Origin: Sphaerodactylus townsendi | Taxonomy: Eukaryota | Length of the DNA stretch: 64,000 nt | Assembly: GCF_021028975.2 (NCBI RefSeq) | Contig: NC_059428.1 | Coordinates: forward strand, 40,672,001 to 40,736,000 | Direction: 5' to 3' | The notes under the pieces: generated by a model | Database searches by the model: none | What the model was told of the DNA's origin: nothing | Seen by the model: only the letters and a program-made list of their open reading frames with translations | Position numbers and translations under genes: made by a program | Shown: positions 23,424 through 35,450 of the stretch, piece after piece | How positions within the stretch are numbered: the stretch's first letter is position 1 | Layout: each line of letters opens with the position of its first letter

Positions 23424-24845
23424 CTGTGGGGAAAAAATGGGAAATATGGAGGAGCACCTATTTTTTATTTTTGTTTAATAGTTTTTTGAATGACTGACAT
23501 TTATTACAAGTTTTACTCAAAACATGTAGCATTAAATTTTTAATGTAAGACAATCTACAGTGTTAGATAATAACAATTCCTATATACTGTGGACATTATG
23601 CTGCGTTTTCTCAAGGACTAGGATTTGGGAGACCCAGGCATGAATCTGAACAATGTAGAAGTTTGCTGGGTCACTCACCCCTGTCAACCTAACCTGCCTC
23701 ACAGGATTGCTGTTCTGAGGATAAAGTGAAGAGAGAGCTATAAGCCTCTTTGGAGCCATATTGAGGAGACATGGGGGTATAAAATCTAATTAAATCTGCT
23801 ATAATATGTTTGATGGTAATACATTAAATGTTTTCTGCAAAAATTAACATGCTTTTCCAATATGCTGCAAATGCTATTTTGACCATATGAAACTTTCTGT
23901 TCAAATATTTTAATTTTTAAACTCCAAAATATATTTTCTAACTTCAACTGTTATTTTTTCCTGTCTCTCAAAATCTGCCAAAAAGTAGAGAAGAAAAATA
24001 CATAAGGTTGTAAAAAAATGGGTTTTTTCCTCAAAATTTATGCCAGAGACAGAAGATTAGCAAGTAAACCACAAGAGACAGAAGATTGGCAAGTAAACTT
24101 TGTCAACCACAAATTTATACCATGAGTACTGCAGTTTTCAGAGCTGATAGAGACTATATTGGCACCTTGACACTGAAAGGTGGTCCAAGGATATCGAAAT
24201 CAATAACACTTTAGGCCACTGCCAAACCCCAAACAGTTAAGGCGTACCCATTTCCATAACCACCAGAGATACTAGCTCATTTTCCTATGCTCAGTAGAGG
24301 AAAGCCATCCTTAGTTTATCTGCCAAAAGCAAATCTTGTTCACTCTGTTATCCAAGAGAGAAGAGCCCCAAACCCTCCAGACACCTATCTCACCCTCAGA
24401 AAATAAGATAAGCCACATGTGTTAATGAGTTTCCCCCACAGGTGGACATTATACTAGCTAGGAAACCCTTGCTGAGAATACAGGCGACTCACGGAGACCA
24501 AGATCTGACTGGGCCCCATTTTAACTGAATTTGGGCTCCACCTTCTTTACATTTTCTTTTTCTTAAATACGCATTGATATGGCACACTTGCTCAACTAGA
24601 ATATTCTAAGCATCAGATAAAATGGGTGCTAGTCCACAAACCTTATGCTGCAATAAATCTATTCATCTTCAAACTGACACAAAACTTTTCTGTGATGTCA
24701 TCCCAATGAACACCATTAACATCAAGTTGCACTACAATTCATAATTCTTCCCAGAATTGTCACTGAATTCTTCAGTATGTTCTCCCTCGGTGACTTGTCA
24801 CTAGAAGTAGTCAGCTTACCAATCATCTTTCGTTTATGTGGAAGG

Positions 24846-25120
24846 GAAGAGAGAGAAGAGTTTTGATTTATATCCTGCTTTTCTCAACTGTAAGGAGTCT
24901 CAAAGTGGCTTACAAACTCCTTCCCTTCCTCTCCCCACAACAGACACCCTGTGAGGTAGGTGGGGCCGAGAGAGTTCTGAGAGAACTGTGACCCAGCAGG
25001 CTTCATGTGTAGGAGTGGAAAAACAAAGCCAGTTCACCAGTTAAGAGTCCGCTGCTCATGTGGGGGATCAAACCCGGTTCTCCAGATTAGAATCCACTGC
25101 TCTTAACCACTACAACCAGA
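24846..25120 (-). mobile_element. tRNA-derived SINE (Squam3-like)
   Basis: Reverse complement GTAGTGGTTAAGAGCAG...CTAATCTGGAGAACCGGGTTTGATCCCCC with a CTCTTC tail. Confidence 0.82.
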
Positions 25121-25699
25121 CAGGTTCAAAAAACAATTTGTTCCAGAGGACCATCAAAAGAAAAAAATCAGGCAATAAGAGAATCATTATTTTGTTCCTT
25201 ACAAATTTCACTCTTTATTCAGTAGAACCCATTTTCATATATATTTAGGGGACTTAGGGGGAATTTAACCTGGAGCTCCAGTGTCAGCATTAGGATCTCC
25301 AGAATCATTGCTTCTTTTTTAGCTAGTCCATCCATTGTCCCCACCCCCTAATCCCAAAATCCCAAATCCAAATCCCAAAATTAGCCTTAATGATGAAGAG
25401 AACTGTGTTTTAAAATCATCAGGACAATTTGCCTTCCATATTTGCCTGGATCAGACAGAGGCCAGACCTGCTACCAAGAATACCCCAGAAAAGTTAGGTG
25501 GACTTTAGTCAGGGGAAATGATGAATGTTGTGACTTCCTTGTGAGTCTTGTGTTGCCTTTAATTTCCCCTATTTTATTAGTGTTACCTGCTTCACCAATA
25601 CTACCTAAACACTGCTGCAATGAAACATGTAATGTAACTTAATGACTACTGGGGAATTATTCAGCTTTTTAAAGGTAGACAATGAGGACATTGTTCAAG

Positions 25700-26200
25700 A
25701 CTTTCCATTCCTTGGCTGCATCATCAGCCCAAAGGGAGACTGCAATCCAGAAATCAGAAGGACTGGAAAGGGTAGCTATGAAGGAACTAGAAAAGATTCT
25801 TAACTGTAAGAATATGTCGCTGGCAATCAAGATCAAGTTAATTCATTCCATAGCATTCCATGTTATGATGTATGTGTGGGAAAGATTGATGATGAAGAAA
25901 GCTGACAGGAAGAAAGTAGGTTCCTTTGAAATGTGGTGCTGGAGAAGAGTTTTACAAATACAGTGGCCTCCAAAAAGACAAATCAGGGGGTTTGGATCAA
26001 TCCAAATTAGAACTGTCCCTAGAAGCTAACATTATTAAACTGAGGCTATTTCACTTTGGTCACACTGGAAAAGACAATATTGCTAGGAAAAGTTGAAGGC
26101 AGCAGGAATAGAGGAAGACCCAACAGCCTTCAGACATTTTGGAGGACATTGATTTATAGGGTTGCTATGAGTCAGAAGCAACTTGATGGCACCACGCACC
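25700..26200 (+). mobile_element. RTE/BovB-like LINE 3' fragment
   Basis: KIKLIHSIAF...KADRKKVGSFEMWCWRRVLQI and LEKTILLGKVEGSRNRGRP. Confidence 0.85.
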
Positions 26201-26526
26201 CACATAGCCTAAAACCCATATACCTGAAGAATTGCCTTTCTAATGGCAACTTGGCAGAACACAACAGTGCTTTCTTTCTATTTCCTTCCCACTTTCCCCA
26301 AAACACATACATGCTAAGATGCAATCAGCTGCTGCCTATTTGTGGGAATTTTCAGTTTGCTGCCTCTCTTTTGTAGAATATCCTCCTTGAACAGAACAGG
26401 AGAGAGTGCCTACTTTGTTGTTTCAGACTCTAATTCATAATTGTTCAAGTCAGCACAGGATAAGGAACAGAATGTTTTGATAATTTTGCAAGTATATGTA
26501 GGAGGATATTATTTGTTTGTTTCTAT

Positions 26527-26677
26527 GGCCCCTTCCGTGCATGCAGAATAATGCACTTTCAATCTACTTTCACAATTGTTTGCAAGTGGAGTTTGCTATT
26601 TTGCACAGAAAAATGCAGCTGCAAAATGTGCTGAAGGTGGATTGAAAGTGCATTATTCTGCATGTGCAGAAGAGGCC
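26527..26677. mobile_element. Palindromic MITE (PIF/Harbinger-like)
   Basis: GGCCCCTTCCG..CATGCAGAATAATGCACTTTCAATC ... GATTGAAAGTGCATTATTCTGCATGTGCAGAAGAGGCC; second copy at 46921-47045. Confidence 0.8.
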
Positions 26678-27279
26678 TATGTTTTGCAGGCTGTCTCCCA
26701 TTAGTTTCTGAATGTTACCATTCTCACGTACATTTTCTGTCTGTTTATTTGTTGGATAGGAATGGTCTGGAGAGTCAGCATGATGTAGTGCTTAAGGTGT
26801 CGACCCTGGTTCAAATCCCCATTTGCACCATGGAAAGTTGCTGGGTGACCTTGAGCCAGTCACACATTCTCAGCCTGCACCTTGGCAAGTATTTGGATGG
26901 GAGACCTCAAAGGAATACCAGGATCGTTATGCAGAGGCAGGCAATAGCAACCCATCTCTTGCCTTGACAGCAGCCCCCACAGGGTAGCCCTAAGTCAGCT
27001 ATGAAAGAAAAAGGTAGAAACACAAAGGCACCCCGAAAGTCCGCGTTTCTTTTTGTCTCACTCAGTGGGGTGGGGAAAAGGCGGGTTAAGAAAATTATAC
27101 TGAATATGTAAGGAATGCTGGGAGAAACCACATTGAGCCACACGGTGAACTATTTCGCATTGGTAGGGAACTGGACCGTTGCCTGTGAAAATTCACCCCA
27201 GTCAGTGTAAGATCGCATTTAAAAAAAGTTTTTCTAGCCCAACCCTGAAGGCGTAAGGAATGAAGAGGGGGCGACTGGG

Positions 27280-28060
27280 GTAAGGAGGAGCAGAGGAAGG
27301 GAAAGGGAGGAGGAGGAGGAGGAAGGGGAGGAGTGAAAGAGGGGGGTTGTGACGAGGAGGAGACGGTGGAGGGGTGTGGGAGAGTAGATGCGGGGATGGA
27401 AGGAGAAGGAGGGGGGTCGCGCGGCTTTTCTGGGACGCTGCTGGCGGCGACTGTGGGGGGTCTGGGGCGCCGTAACGTGAAATCGCCGCTGCACCCCCAC
27501 CCCACCCCGGTAACGGAGGCAGCCGCGTAGGGAGAAAGTAGCTTCATCCGACGGTGAGTGAAGCTCCCGCAGGGAAGAAGCCCGGGATTTTCCCGGAGTT
27601 GAGCGCGAGACGCCGAGCGTAATGGAGTTGTTCCCTTTGTGCAGAGGGGGAAAGTCTGAGTCTTTGGGGAGGAATCCTCCTGGCCCGGGTGGGCTCCACT
27701 GACCTCGATCTTTTTTTTTGCGGGGGGGGGGGGCTCTATTCGGTAGCTGCAAAACGGCAGCTTGCTTTGTTTCCCTGCAAGGATGAGTCTGGTGACACCC
27801 CGGGTGGGATCGGCGAGCGAGCGGGAGACGCGCGCGGCGCATCTCGCCCTTCTGCACGCCTCGATGGGTGGCCTCGGCAAAGAGAAGCTGGACTGGAAGA
27901 GAAGAAGTGGGCTTGGCTTCGCGTCGATCTCGCCGATCCCGGGAGCGGGGCGAAATCGGAGACTTTCTGGCTTCAGTAACCTCGGATCGGGCGCAAAGGC
28001 GGCGGGGAATAACCCAAAAGTACCTAAAAAGGGGCGGAGGCATTCCTCGATGGAAGGTGT
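27280..28060 (+). promoter_or_regulatory. GPR161 CpG island and promoter, with a probable non-coding exon 1 ending at 27553 (ACG|GTGAGT)
   Basis: Very GC- and CpG-rich; consensus splice donor at 27554; about 0.9 kb upstream of the acceptor at 28458. Confidence 0.7.
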
Positions 28061-28502
28061 AACTGATTGACCATAGCACTAAAAATGTACAAATGGCCTC
28101 TCTTTGCTAGTATGGCAGAGACACGACAGAAGTGCCGTAGATACATAGAATAATGGTTTGTGATTAGGCTGGAAGAACTTACTCCAGCCTAAAGAACCAT
28201 CCTCCGACTTAAGTGTCTCTTCCATTGGAGCAAGGCTTCAGATTTTGCTCAGTGGAGATTAAGCATATATAGGCATGGCCCTAAGCTCTGAAAGACTTCA
28301 TTGCACAAAGCGACCTGCACATACACATGGGTTGCTATGGGGGAAGCTTTTTGCGAGTCAGTGCAGACAGCATTCTTCAGCTTATCCCGTTCATACAGAA
28401 ATGGGTGCAGGATCAATATTTCTGCTGAGTTGTCTTTTGATGCTTTCCTTCTTTGCAGGTGCTCAGCATGCACTGTCCACTCCACTACCGCATGCTCTGA
28501 CA

Positions 28503-28870
28503 ATGAGCATCAACTCCTCCCTCAGTAACGAGAAGGCCTTGAGGAACCTCACGCTGCTGGAAGATGGAGCAGGCAGAATTACAGAGTCCATTGCCATTAT
28601 TATCATCGCAATTTTCATCTGTTTAGGAAACCTGATGGTCGTACTGACTCTCTACAAGAAATCCTACCTCCTCACGCTGAGCAACAAGTTTGTTTTCAGC
28701 CTGACCCTCTCAAACTTCCTTCTTTCTGTGCTGGTGCTTCCTTTTGTTGTCACCAGCTCCATCCGGAGGGAATGGATCTTTGGAGTCGTTTGGTGCAACT
28801 TCTCTGCCCTGCTGTACATGCTAATCAGTTCTGCCAGCATGCTCACACTTGGGCTTATTGCTATAGACCG
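28503..28870 (+). CDS. GPR161: GPR161 coding exon 1 (MSINSSLS...TM1-TM3...AIDR); exon acceptor at 28458/28459
   Basis: Matches recalled GPR161 ([28 protein letters not shown]); GTATG donor. Confidence 0.95.
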
Positions 28871-29036
28871 GTATGATATTCTTCCATTTTGTATGATGTG
28901 GGTGTGCAGTGAAAAGTCAAGGTGCACAGGAATTAAATGTTCAGAGCAGGGTCGGCTTTAAGAGCTACAGTGCCCAATTCGGAATAACTTTTGCAAGGCC
29001 CCAGGTTCACAGTAAAGGTCTCTATAAAATCTTAGG

Positions 29037-29319
29037 CATTGGTGTCAAACATACAGCCCTCAGGCCTGATCTGGCCCCTTGATGGCTTTTATTTGGCCTG
29101 TGCTTTTCCATCCTGTGCTTTTCCATCAGGATGAGCCTAGCTTTGAACTGCGGGCTTGGCCTGACCTGGGTCCTATGTTGAGCTGTGTGCATGTGGACTT
29201 CGGAGGTACAGCCTGATGTCCAATCCTGGGCTTGGCCTGGCCAGCGCTGGAAAAGCTTGGGCTGAATAAGTGCTCTCAAGGAGCTGGATCAGGTCTGGGC
29301 TGTATGTTTGACACCCATA
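29037..29319. mobile_element. hAT-type MITE (older)
   Basis: GGTGTCAAACATACAGCCC / GGGCTGTATGTTTGACACC inverted ends. Confidence 0.75.
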
Positions 29320-29384
29320 GTGTAAAGGATGGCAGCACATTTGCATGGGTATTTGACAACACTAGAGTAGATTATCCTACCAGA

Positions 29385-29590
29385 CATCCAGCATGGTGTA
29401 ATAGTTAAGAGCAATGGACTCTAATGTGGAGAACTGGGCTTGATTCCTCACTCTTTCACTTGAGTGGTAGACTCTAATCTGGTGAACTGGATTTGTTTCC
29501 CCACTCCTCCACAAGAAGCCGGCTAGGCTAGTCACAATTCTTTCAGAACTCTCTCAGCCCCACCTTCCTCACAAGCTATCCGCTGTGCTG
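29385..29590 (+). mobile_element. tRNA-derived SINE, 3'-truncated
   Basis: GGTGTAATAGTTAAGAGC...CTCTCAGCCCCACC. Confidence 0.72.
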
Positions 29591-29656
29591 CCACCGGAGC
29601 ACAAGGATCTACTGTGTTACTGAAGTTAAGGTGGGGTGACCATTTTGTGACTGGCT

Positions 29657-30430
29657 GTATTATTAATGACCTACAACCAATGCTGGATTGTGACACTTAA
29701 CTCTCTAAGGCACTGGGAGGTCACCCCTTTCTTGCTCATGGACCGCCTGCTAACCTAAAACAACTTCTCACCCTCAACAGTATCATCTGGTACCAAGGCC
29801 TACAACAAACCAAGGTGCTAACATTGCTTTCATATGGATCATAGCAGCACCAACACTAGGCCAGTAAAAGCCATTCTATCTCAGGTTCATACTCCTGCTC
29901 ATCTTCTAATGTGATTGATTCCAGCAATGCCTTTCTATTCTTTACATTGGACAAACAGGCTGGTCCCTGTGACAAAGATTAAATGGACATCAGAAACATC
30001 AGGACATCAGTATTCACAAACTATTGGGGAACATTTTAAATTTCCAGGACATTCAGTTGCTGATTTAAGAGTAGCAGTTGTCTTAAAGGGAGATTGGAAA
30101 GAGAGGCTGCTGAATTACAACTAATAATGAAGCTCAAAGCAATGCATTATCCCGGACTAAATAGAAATTTAGGATTCCTGTCTCATTACCAATGCTGATT
30201 TTTCCATGCCTACTCCCCCTCTGCATATCACACCTAATTCAATCACACTTGCTACTGACATATACATGCTATTGTCTTTGGGTGTCTTAATTCACTCTTC
30301 TCTACTTAAGGACAGATGGACTCACATTCTAGCTGCATCTAAAGAAGTGAGCTGTGACATATGGAAGCTCCCTCCCAGAAATTTTGTTAGTCTTTAAGGT
30401 GTTACTGAACTCTTGCTCTTTTCTACCATT
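29657..30430 (+). mobile_element. Penelope-like element 3' remnant (GIY-YIG C-terminus plus 3' repeat)
   Basis: IINDLQPMLD...NLKQLL, GEHFKFPGHSVADLRVAV and GLNRNLGFLSHY, followed by a hammerhead-like 3' repeat. Confidence 0.8.
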
Positions 30431-30744
30431 AGCAAGAGCACACCAAATTAGTGTGGTAACCAAACAAATTCAGAAGTGTGATATTACATTGCAGTGTTCT
30501 CTTTGCCATGGATTGCCACAACGTCCCTCTTCCTTGATGCTATGTCAATGAGCCAATCTTTATTACAATGTGTTTCATGGTTCACATTCATGTAATATCA
30601 CACACACAAACTGATGGTCTGAAATAGGGTAATTACAAAATAGATCATACTAATATACTCAAACTGTGATCCTTTACCTTTAGCGATTTCTCATTATTTA
30701 GTCCCCAGGTGTATGGTAAAAGTTGCTCTTTTTGCTGACTAGTT

Positions 30745-30875
30745 CAGGGGTCTGCAACCTGCGGCTCTGCAGATGTTGATGGACTACAAATACCATCAGC
30801 CCCTGTTAGCATGGCCAATGCTGATGGGATTTGTAGTCCATCAACATCTGGAGAGTCACAGGTTGCAGACCCCTG
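30745..30875. mobile_element. Short palindromic hAT MITE
   Basis: Perfect TSD GACTAGTT; terminal repeats CAGGGGTCTGCAACCTG / CAGGTTGCAGACCCCTG. Confidence 0.92.
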
Positions 30876-31036
30876 GACTAGTTGGTTAAAGAAACTGAGG
30901 TTGAACTGAGTGACATTCAATAGATAAACTAATTTATCTACTGATTATTGTCTATTGATTATTATTATTATCTACTGATTGCAATTTTTTTTAAAAATAA
31001 ATATATTGTGGAATTTTCTTTTTGTATTTCTTTCAG

Positions 31037-31761
31037 GTACTATGCCGTCCTGTACCCAATGATTTACCCAATGAAAATTACGGGTAACAGAGCTGTTGTT
31101 GCCATTGTGTACGTGTGGCTCCATTCTCTCATTGGATGCCTGCCTCCCCTCTTTGGCTGGTCTTCCTTGGAGTTTGATCAGTTCAAATGGATGTGTGTGG
31201 CTGCATGGCATAAGGAGGCTGGTTATACTGCATTTTGGCAGATCTGGTGTGCTCTTCTGCCCTTTATAGTTATGATGATTTGCTATGGATTCATATTCCG
31301 CGTAGCCAGGATTAAGGCACGGAAGATTCATTGTGGGAGTGTGGTCATTGCAGAGGAAGATACTCAAAGGAATGGAAGAAAGAACTCAAGCACTTCAACT
31401 TCCTCCTCAGGCAGTCGAAGGAATGCTTTTCAAGGAGTAGTTTATTCCGCCAACCAATGCAAAGCTTTGATAACTATCTTGGTTGTAATTGGTGCTTTTG
31501 TGATCACGTGGGGGCCTTACATGGTGGTAATTACATCTGAGGCACTTTGGGGGAAAAACAGCATTTCCCCTGCTTTGGAGACATTAGCAACGTGGCTATC
31601 TTTCACTAGTGCTATATGCCACCCTCTGATTTATGGACTCTGGAATAAAACTGTCCGCAAGGAATTGCTGGGAATGTGCTTTGGAGATCGGTACTACAGA
31701 GAATCATTTGTTCAACGGCAGAGGACTTCCAGATTATTTAGTATTTCTAATAGGATCACAG
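31037..31761 (+). CDS. GPR161: GPR161 coding exon 2 (YYAVLYP...TM4-TM7...SISNRIT)
   Basis: 725 nt, phase 2-1, motif [17 protein letters not shown]. Confidence 0.97.
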
Positions 31762-31894
31762 GTAACAAAATATAGATGTATACTAGATCATTAGTTTATT
31801 TCATGAAGCTATCTAGAAGCACAGATGCCATTATTTCCAAAATGGTTTTTTGGGAGGTTTATGGTAAACATTCATATCATATCTCTCTTTGTGT

Positions 31895-32065
31895 AAAATG
31901 CTGTCAAGTCACAGTTGACTTACAGCAACTCCAGCAAGAGGTTCTCAAGGCAAATGAGAAGCAGAGGTGGTTTGCCACTGCCTTCCTTTGAAGAGTATTC
32001 CTTGGTAGACTCACATCCAAGTACTGACCTGGCTTAGCTCCCGAGATCTGATGAGATCGATCCAT
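31895..32065 (-). mobile_element. 5S-rRNA-headed SINE, degraded
   Basis: Reverse complement GCTAAGCCAGGTCAGTACTTGGATGTGAGTCTACCAAGGAATAC. Confidence 0.6.
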
Positions 32066-32340
32066 ACTTTATACCATATCTCCTAAAAGAATTTTCCTGC
32101 CTTGGTTTTTCCTTTGGAGAAAGTATTCCTGCCATCATAAGTATAATTCTTACATATCTAATTAGATAAGCATTCTAAGAATACTTTTGTGTATTCATTG
32201 CCAGCTGCTTTTGGTACAGATGTTGTTAATCCACTGGTGGATACAATAACCAGGCTGTAAGTCATGAAGGTTTGTGACAATACTTTTGTTAAGATCTTCT
32301 CACCAACACGTACATTGTTAATACTGGAACTCTTTTGCAG

Positions 32341-32445
32341 ACCTGGGGCTGTCCCCACATCTCACAGCACTTATGGCTGGTGAGCGTCCTTTAGGACACA
32401 GCAGCAGCACTGGAGACACAGGGTTCAGCTACTCTCAGGATTCAG
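32341..32445 (+). CDS. GPR161: GPR161 coding exon 3 ([35 protein letters not shown])
   Basis: 105 nt, phase 1-1. Confidence 0.96.
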
Positions 32446-32513
32446 GTAATTCTTTCTTAGTGTGTTTCTAGCATTCTGCATGTAGATGGCGAGAACTGTC
32501 AAGCTGCCTAGAG

Positions 32514-32876
32514 CAGAGGTCCCCAACCTTCTTCATCCTGCAGGCGCATTTGGAATTCTGAAACAACATGGTGGGTGTAGTGACAAAGTAATTGCCACAA
32601 GATGGCTGCCATAGGAGGTGGAGCCAGTCACAAAGTGATTGCCACACCCTAACTTCATTAACACAGTACAGATCCTTGTGCTATGGTGGCAGCTGTTGCC
32701 CTGTTGCCAAAGCAATTTAAAAAAAATCTGCCAATCAAATCTCCAGTAGTCAAATCTCCAAAAGCCTTGCTAACCAAAAAACCTACCTGGCCCCACCCAC
32801 TTCCTAAAACATTTGGGTGCCAGAAAAAATGTTGGTTGGCACTATGTTGTCCATTGGCACCACACTGGGGATCCCG
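32514..32876. mobile_element. hAT-type MITE
   Basis: Perfect TSD GCCTAGAG; ends CAGAGGTCCCCA / TGGGGATCCCG. Confidence 0.82.
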
Positions 32877-33583
32877 GCCTAGAGTTTTCTGTTTCTTGTT
32901 AAGTGACTCTATGGCCCCTTCTGTATGGACCAATAAACCTGGGCTGGATATGGGGAAAACCCCATTTCAGGGGGGAACTTCTCACAGCTCCTGCCCCTAA
33001 AGCGAGGCTGTCCCCCCCATGCATTGGGCTTCACTTCCGACACAAATTTGGTACCCTACCTGTGTTGCCTATTTATTTCATGGCACTCTTGCAGGGTCAG
33101 TCTGACCACTAGGTAACTTCCTAACTCCCTAATATATCTGTGCAGGATCACAATGTTTCTTCCACTTGATTTTTTTTTCTCAATAAAATCATCAGTGGTG
33201 TTACTACCGCTATATAAATAGATGCAATACTGAAATAGGCATTCAGACCACAAAACAATTGATTGAAAGCATATGTTCGTGTTTCCTTTTAACTTTTGAG
33301 TTAAATTATTTTTGATAGTTTTAATTAACATTGCAGTCCTTATCCTAAGACATGCTTCACCCTCCTGTAGAATACTCACAAACATAATTTTTCTGGATGT
33401 GGTGTCAACTTCTAACATGTCCTCTCTCACTTCACACACCGTCCCATCCCATCAATATCAACTCATAAAATAAAACTTTCTATTTTATTTCTGAAATAAC
33501 ATAAGTAGACCAACTGATCTACTTATTTCCAGTTCCCACCACAATGTAGTTACATTGTAGTTACAATGTAGTTACATCCCACT

Positions 33584-35086
33584 ACATCTGTAGTTATGAA
33601 AACTTTTGAAAGGCTAGTGATGTACCATTTGAAAACCATCACGGATCCACTGTTGGACCCCTTGCAATTTGCATACCGAGCAAACAGATCGACAGACGAT
33701 GCTGTTAATATGGCTTTGCACTATATCCTACAGCATCTTGAATCGCCAAAGACCTATGCAAGGGTCCTCTTTGTTGACTTTAGTTCAGCATTCAATACTA
33801 TCAGACCGGACATTCTTCTAACCAAACTAAATCAGCTAGCAGTACCTGAGCATATTTGTAAGTGGATCACAAGCTTCCTAACAGATAGGAAACAGCAGGT
33901 GAAGCTAGGAAAAATTACATCAGACACCTGTAAAATGAGCACAGGGGCCCCCCAAGGCTGTGTACTTTCACCACTTCTCTTCTCTCTGTATACCAATGAC
34001 TGCATCTCAAACGATCCATCTGTTAAAATACTGAAGCTCTTGCAGATGATACAACAGTGATTGGTCTCATTCGAGACAAACGGCATGAAACCGTGATACA
34101 GACGGGAGGTTGAACAACTAGCCTCGTGGTGCCACTGGAACAACCTAGAACTGAACACACTTAAAATCAGGAAATGGTGGTAGATTTCAGAGAAACCCTC
34201 CCATCCTACCTCCTCTCACAATACTAGACAACACAGTATCAACAGTAGAGACCTTTAAATTTCTAGGCTCCATCATATCTCATGACCTAAAATGGACACC
34301 TAATATCAAAATCGTCATTAAAAAAGCACAACAAAGAATGTTCTTTTCTGGCACCAACTCAGGAAGCTTCCAAACTGCCCAAGGAGCTGCTAGATTACAG
34401 TTCTAGCAGAGGAATCCATTGAGTCTGTTATCTGCACTCCTCTATAACTGTGTGGTTTGGTCTCTGCAACCCAACAAGATCGACTACTAAGACTTCAGAG
34501 AATAATCAGAACCTGCAGAAAAAACAATTGGTGCTAACCTGGCTTCCATTGAGGACCTGTATACTGCACGGGTCAAAAAAAGGGCTGTGAAAATATTTTA
34601 CGGGACCCTCGCATCCTGGACATAAACTGTTTCTAACTCTTACTCCCTCTAAACGTCGCTTCAGAGCACTGCACACCAAGACAACTAGACATAAGAACAG
34701 TTTTTTCCCGAATGCCATCACTCTGTTAAACAAATAATTCCCTCGATAATGTTAAACTATTTATTATATACTTATTATATAATTACTGCACTACTTTTTT
34801 CATCATTCCTATTACCCATCTCCTCCCACTTGTGACTGTATGACTATAGCCTGTGCTGACATTTTATTTTATTTTATTTTATGATTTTACATTTTATGTT
34901 TTCATTACTACTGATTGTTTCCTGATTGCTTACTAGACCTATATGACAATCATTAAGTGCTGTACCTTATGATTCTTGACAAATGTATTTTTCTTTTATG
35001 TACACTGAGAGCATATGCACCGGAGACAAATTCCTTGTGTGTCCAATCACACTTGGCCAATAAAGATTCTATTCTATTCTATTCTA
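33584..35086 (+). mobile_element. Rex1/Babar-like LINE, 5'-truncated, in GPR161 intron
   Basis: RT motifs MKTFERLV, LDPLQFAYR, LFVDFSSAFNTI, GAPQGCVLSPLLFSLYTNDC; 3' end AATAAAG(ATTCT)n. Confidence 0.9.
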
Positions 35087-35450
35087 ATGTGTTTGTTCAA
35101 CATGGTTACCATTTAAAGGTACGAGGGATAAAGGCAACTGCAGAAAAAGATTAGTTGGCCCAGTAAGTTTTTTTCCCAACAGGTAAGATGCTTCAAGTCT
35201 CAGAGCTTGGATGATAGAAAAACAGGGTGTAGGCTGAGAAGAGAGGCATTTGAAAGGAGGATAAGAAGGCACAGGGAACAGTTAAGCACCTCCTTCTATT
35301 TGCCTGTCTTTTCCTGCAAATGCTCCTTTGTGCTTGGCATTAGTATTAGTTCCACCTTTAGAAAGTTACATTTGATGGAGGTTTGCACCCCATGCCTTCA
35401 ATAGGAAAGCTTCCACAAGTATATTGTCTTATGCTCTGGTCTCCTTTTAG

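Noticed and set aside
24045-24098. Short tandem duplications (also 11171-11221 and 61954-61993) as CRISPR-like arrays
   Set aside because: Two-copy local slippage duplications with no spacers, in a vertebrate genome.
22191-27280. Shared bidirectional promoter for TIPRL and GPR161
   Set aside because: The genes are head-to-head but have two separate CpG-rich regions about 5 kb apart, with AT-rich, transposon-filled DNA between them.
27095-28079. Long minus-strand ORFs of 261 and 281 aa
   Set aside because: They lie in the GC-rich GPR161 CpG island where stops are rare; low-complexity Pro/Ser/Arg translation with no recognisable domain.
28275-28458. 5' part of the 228-aa ORF as the GPR161 N-terminus
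   Set aside because: It lies upstream of a strong splice acceptor (TTTCCTTCTTTGCAG, 28458) and is most likely intron that happens to be open.
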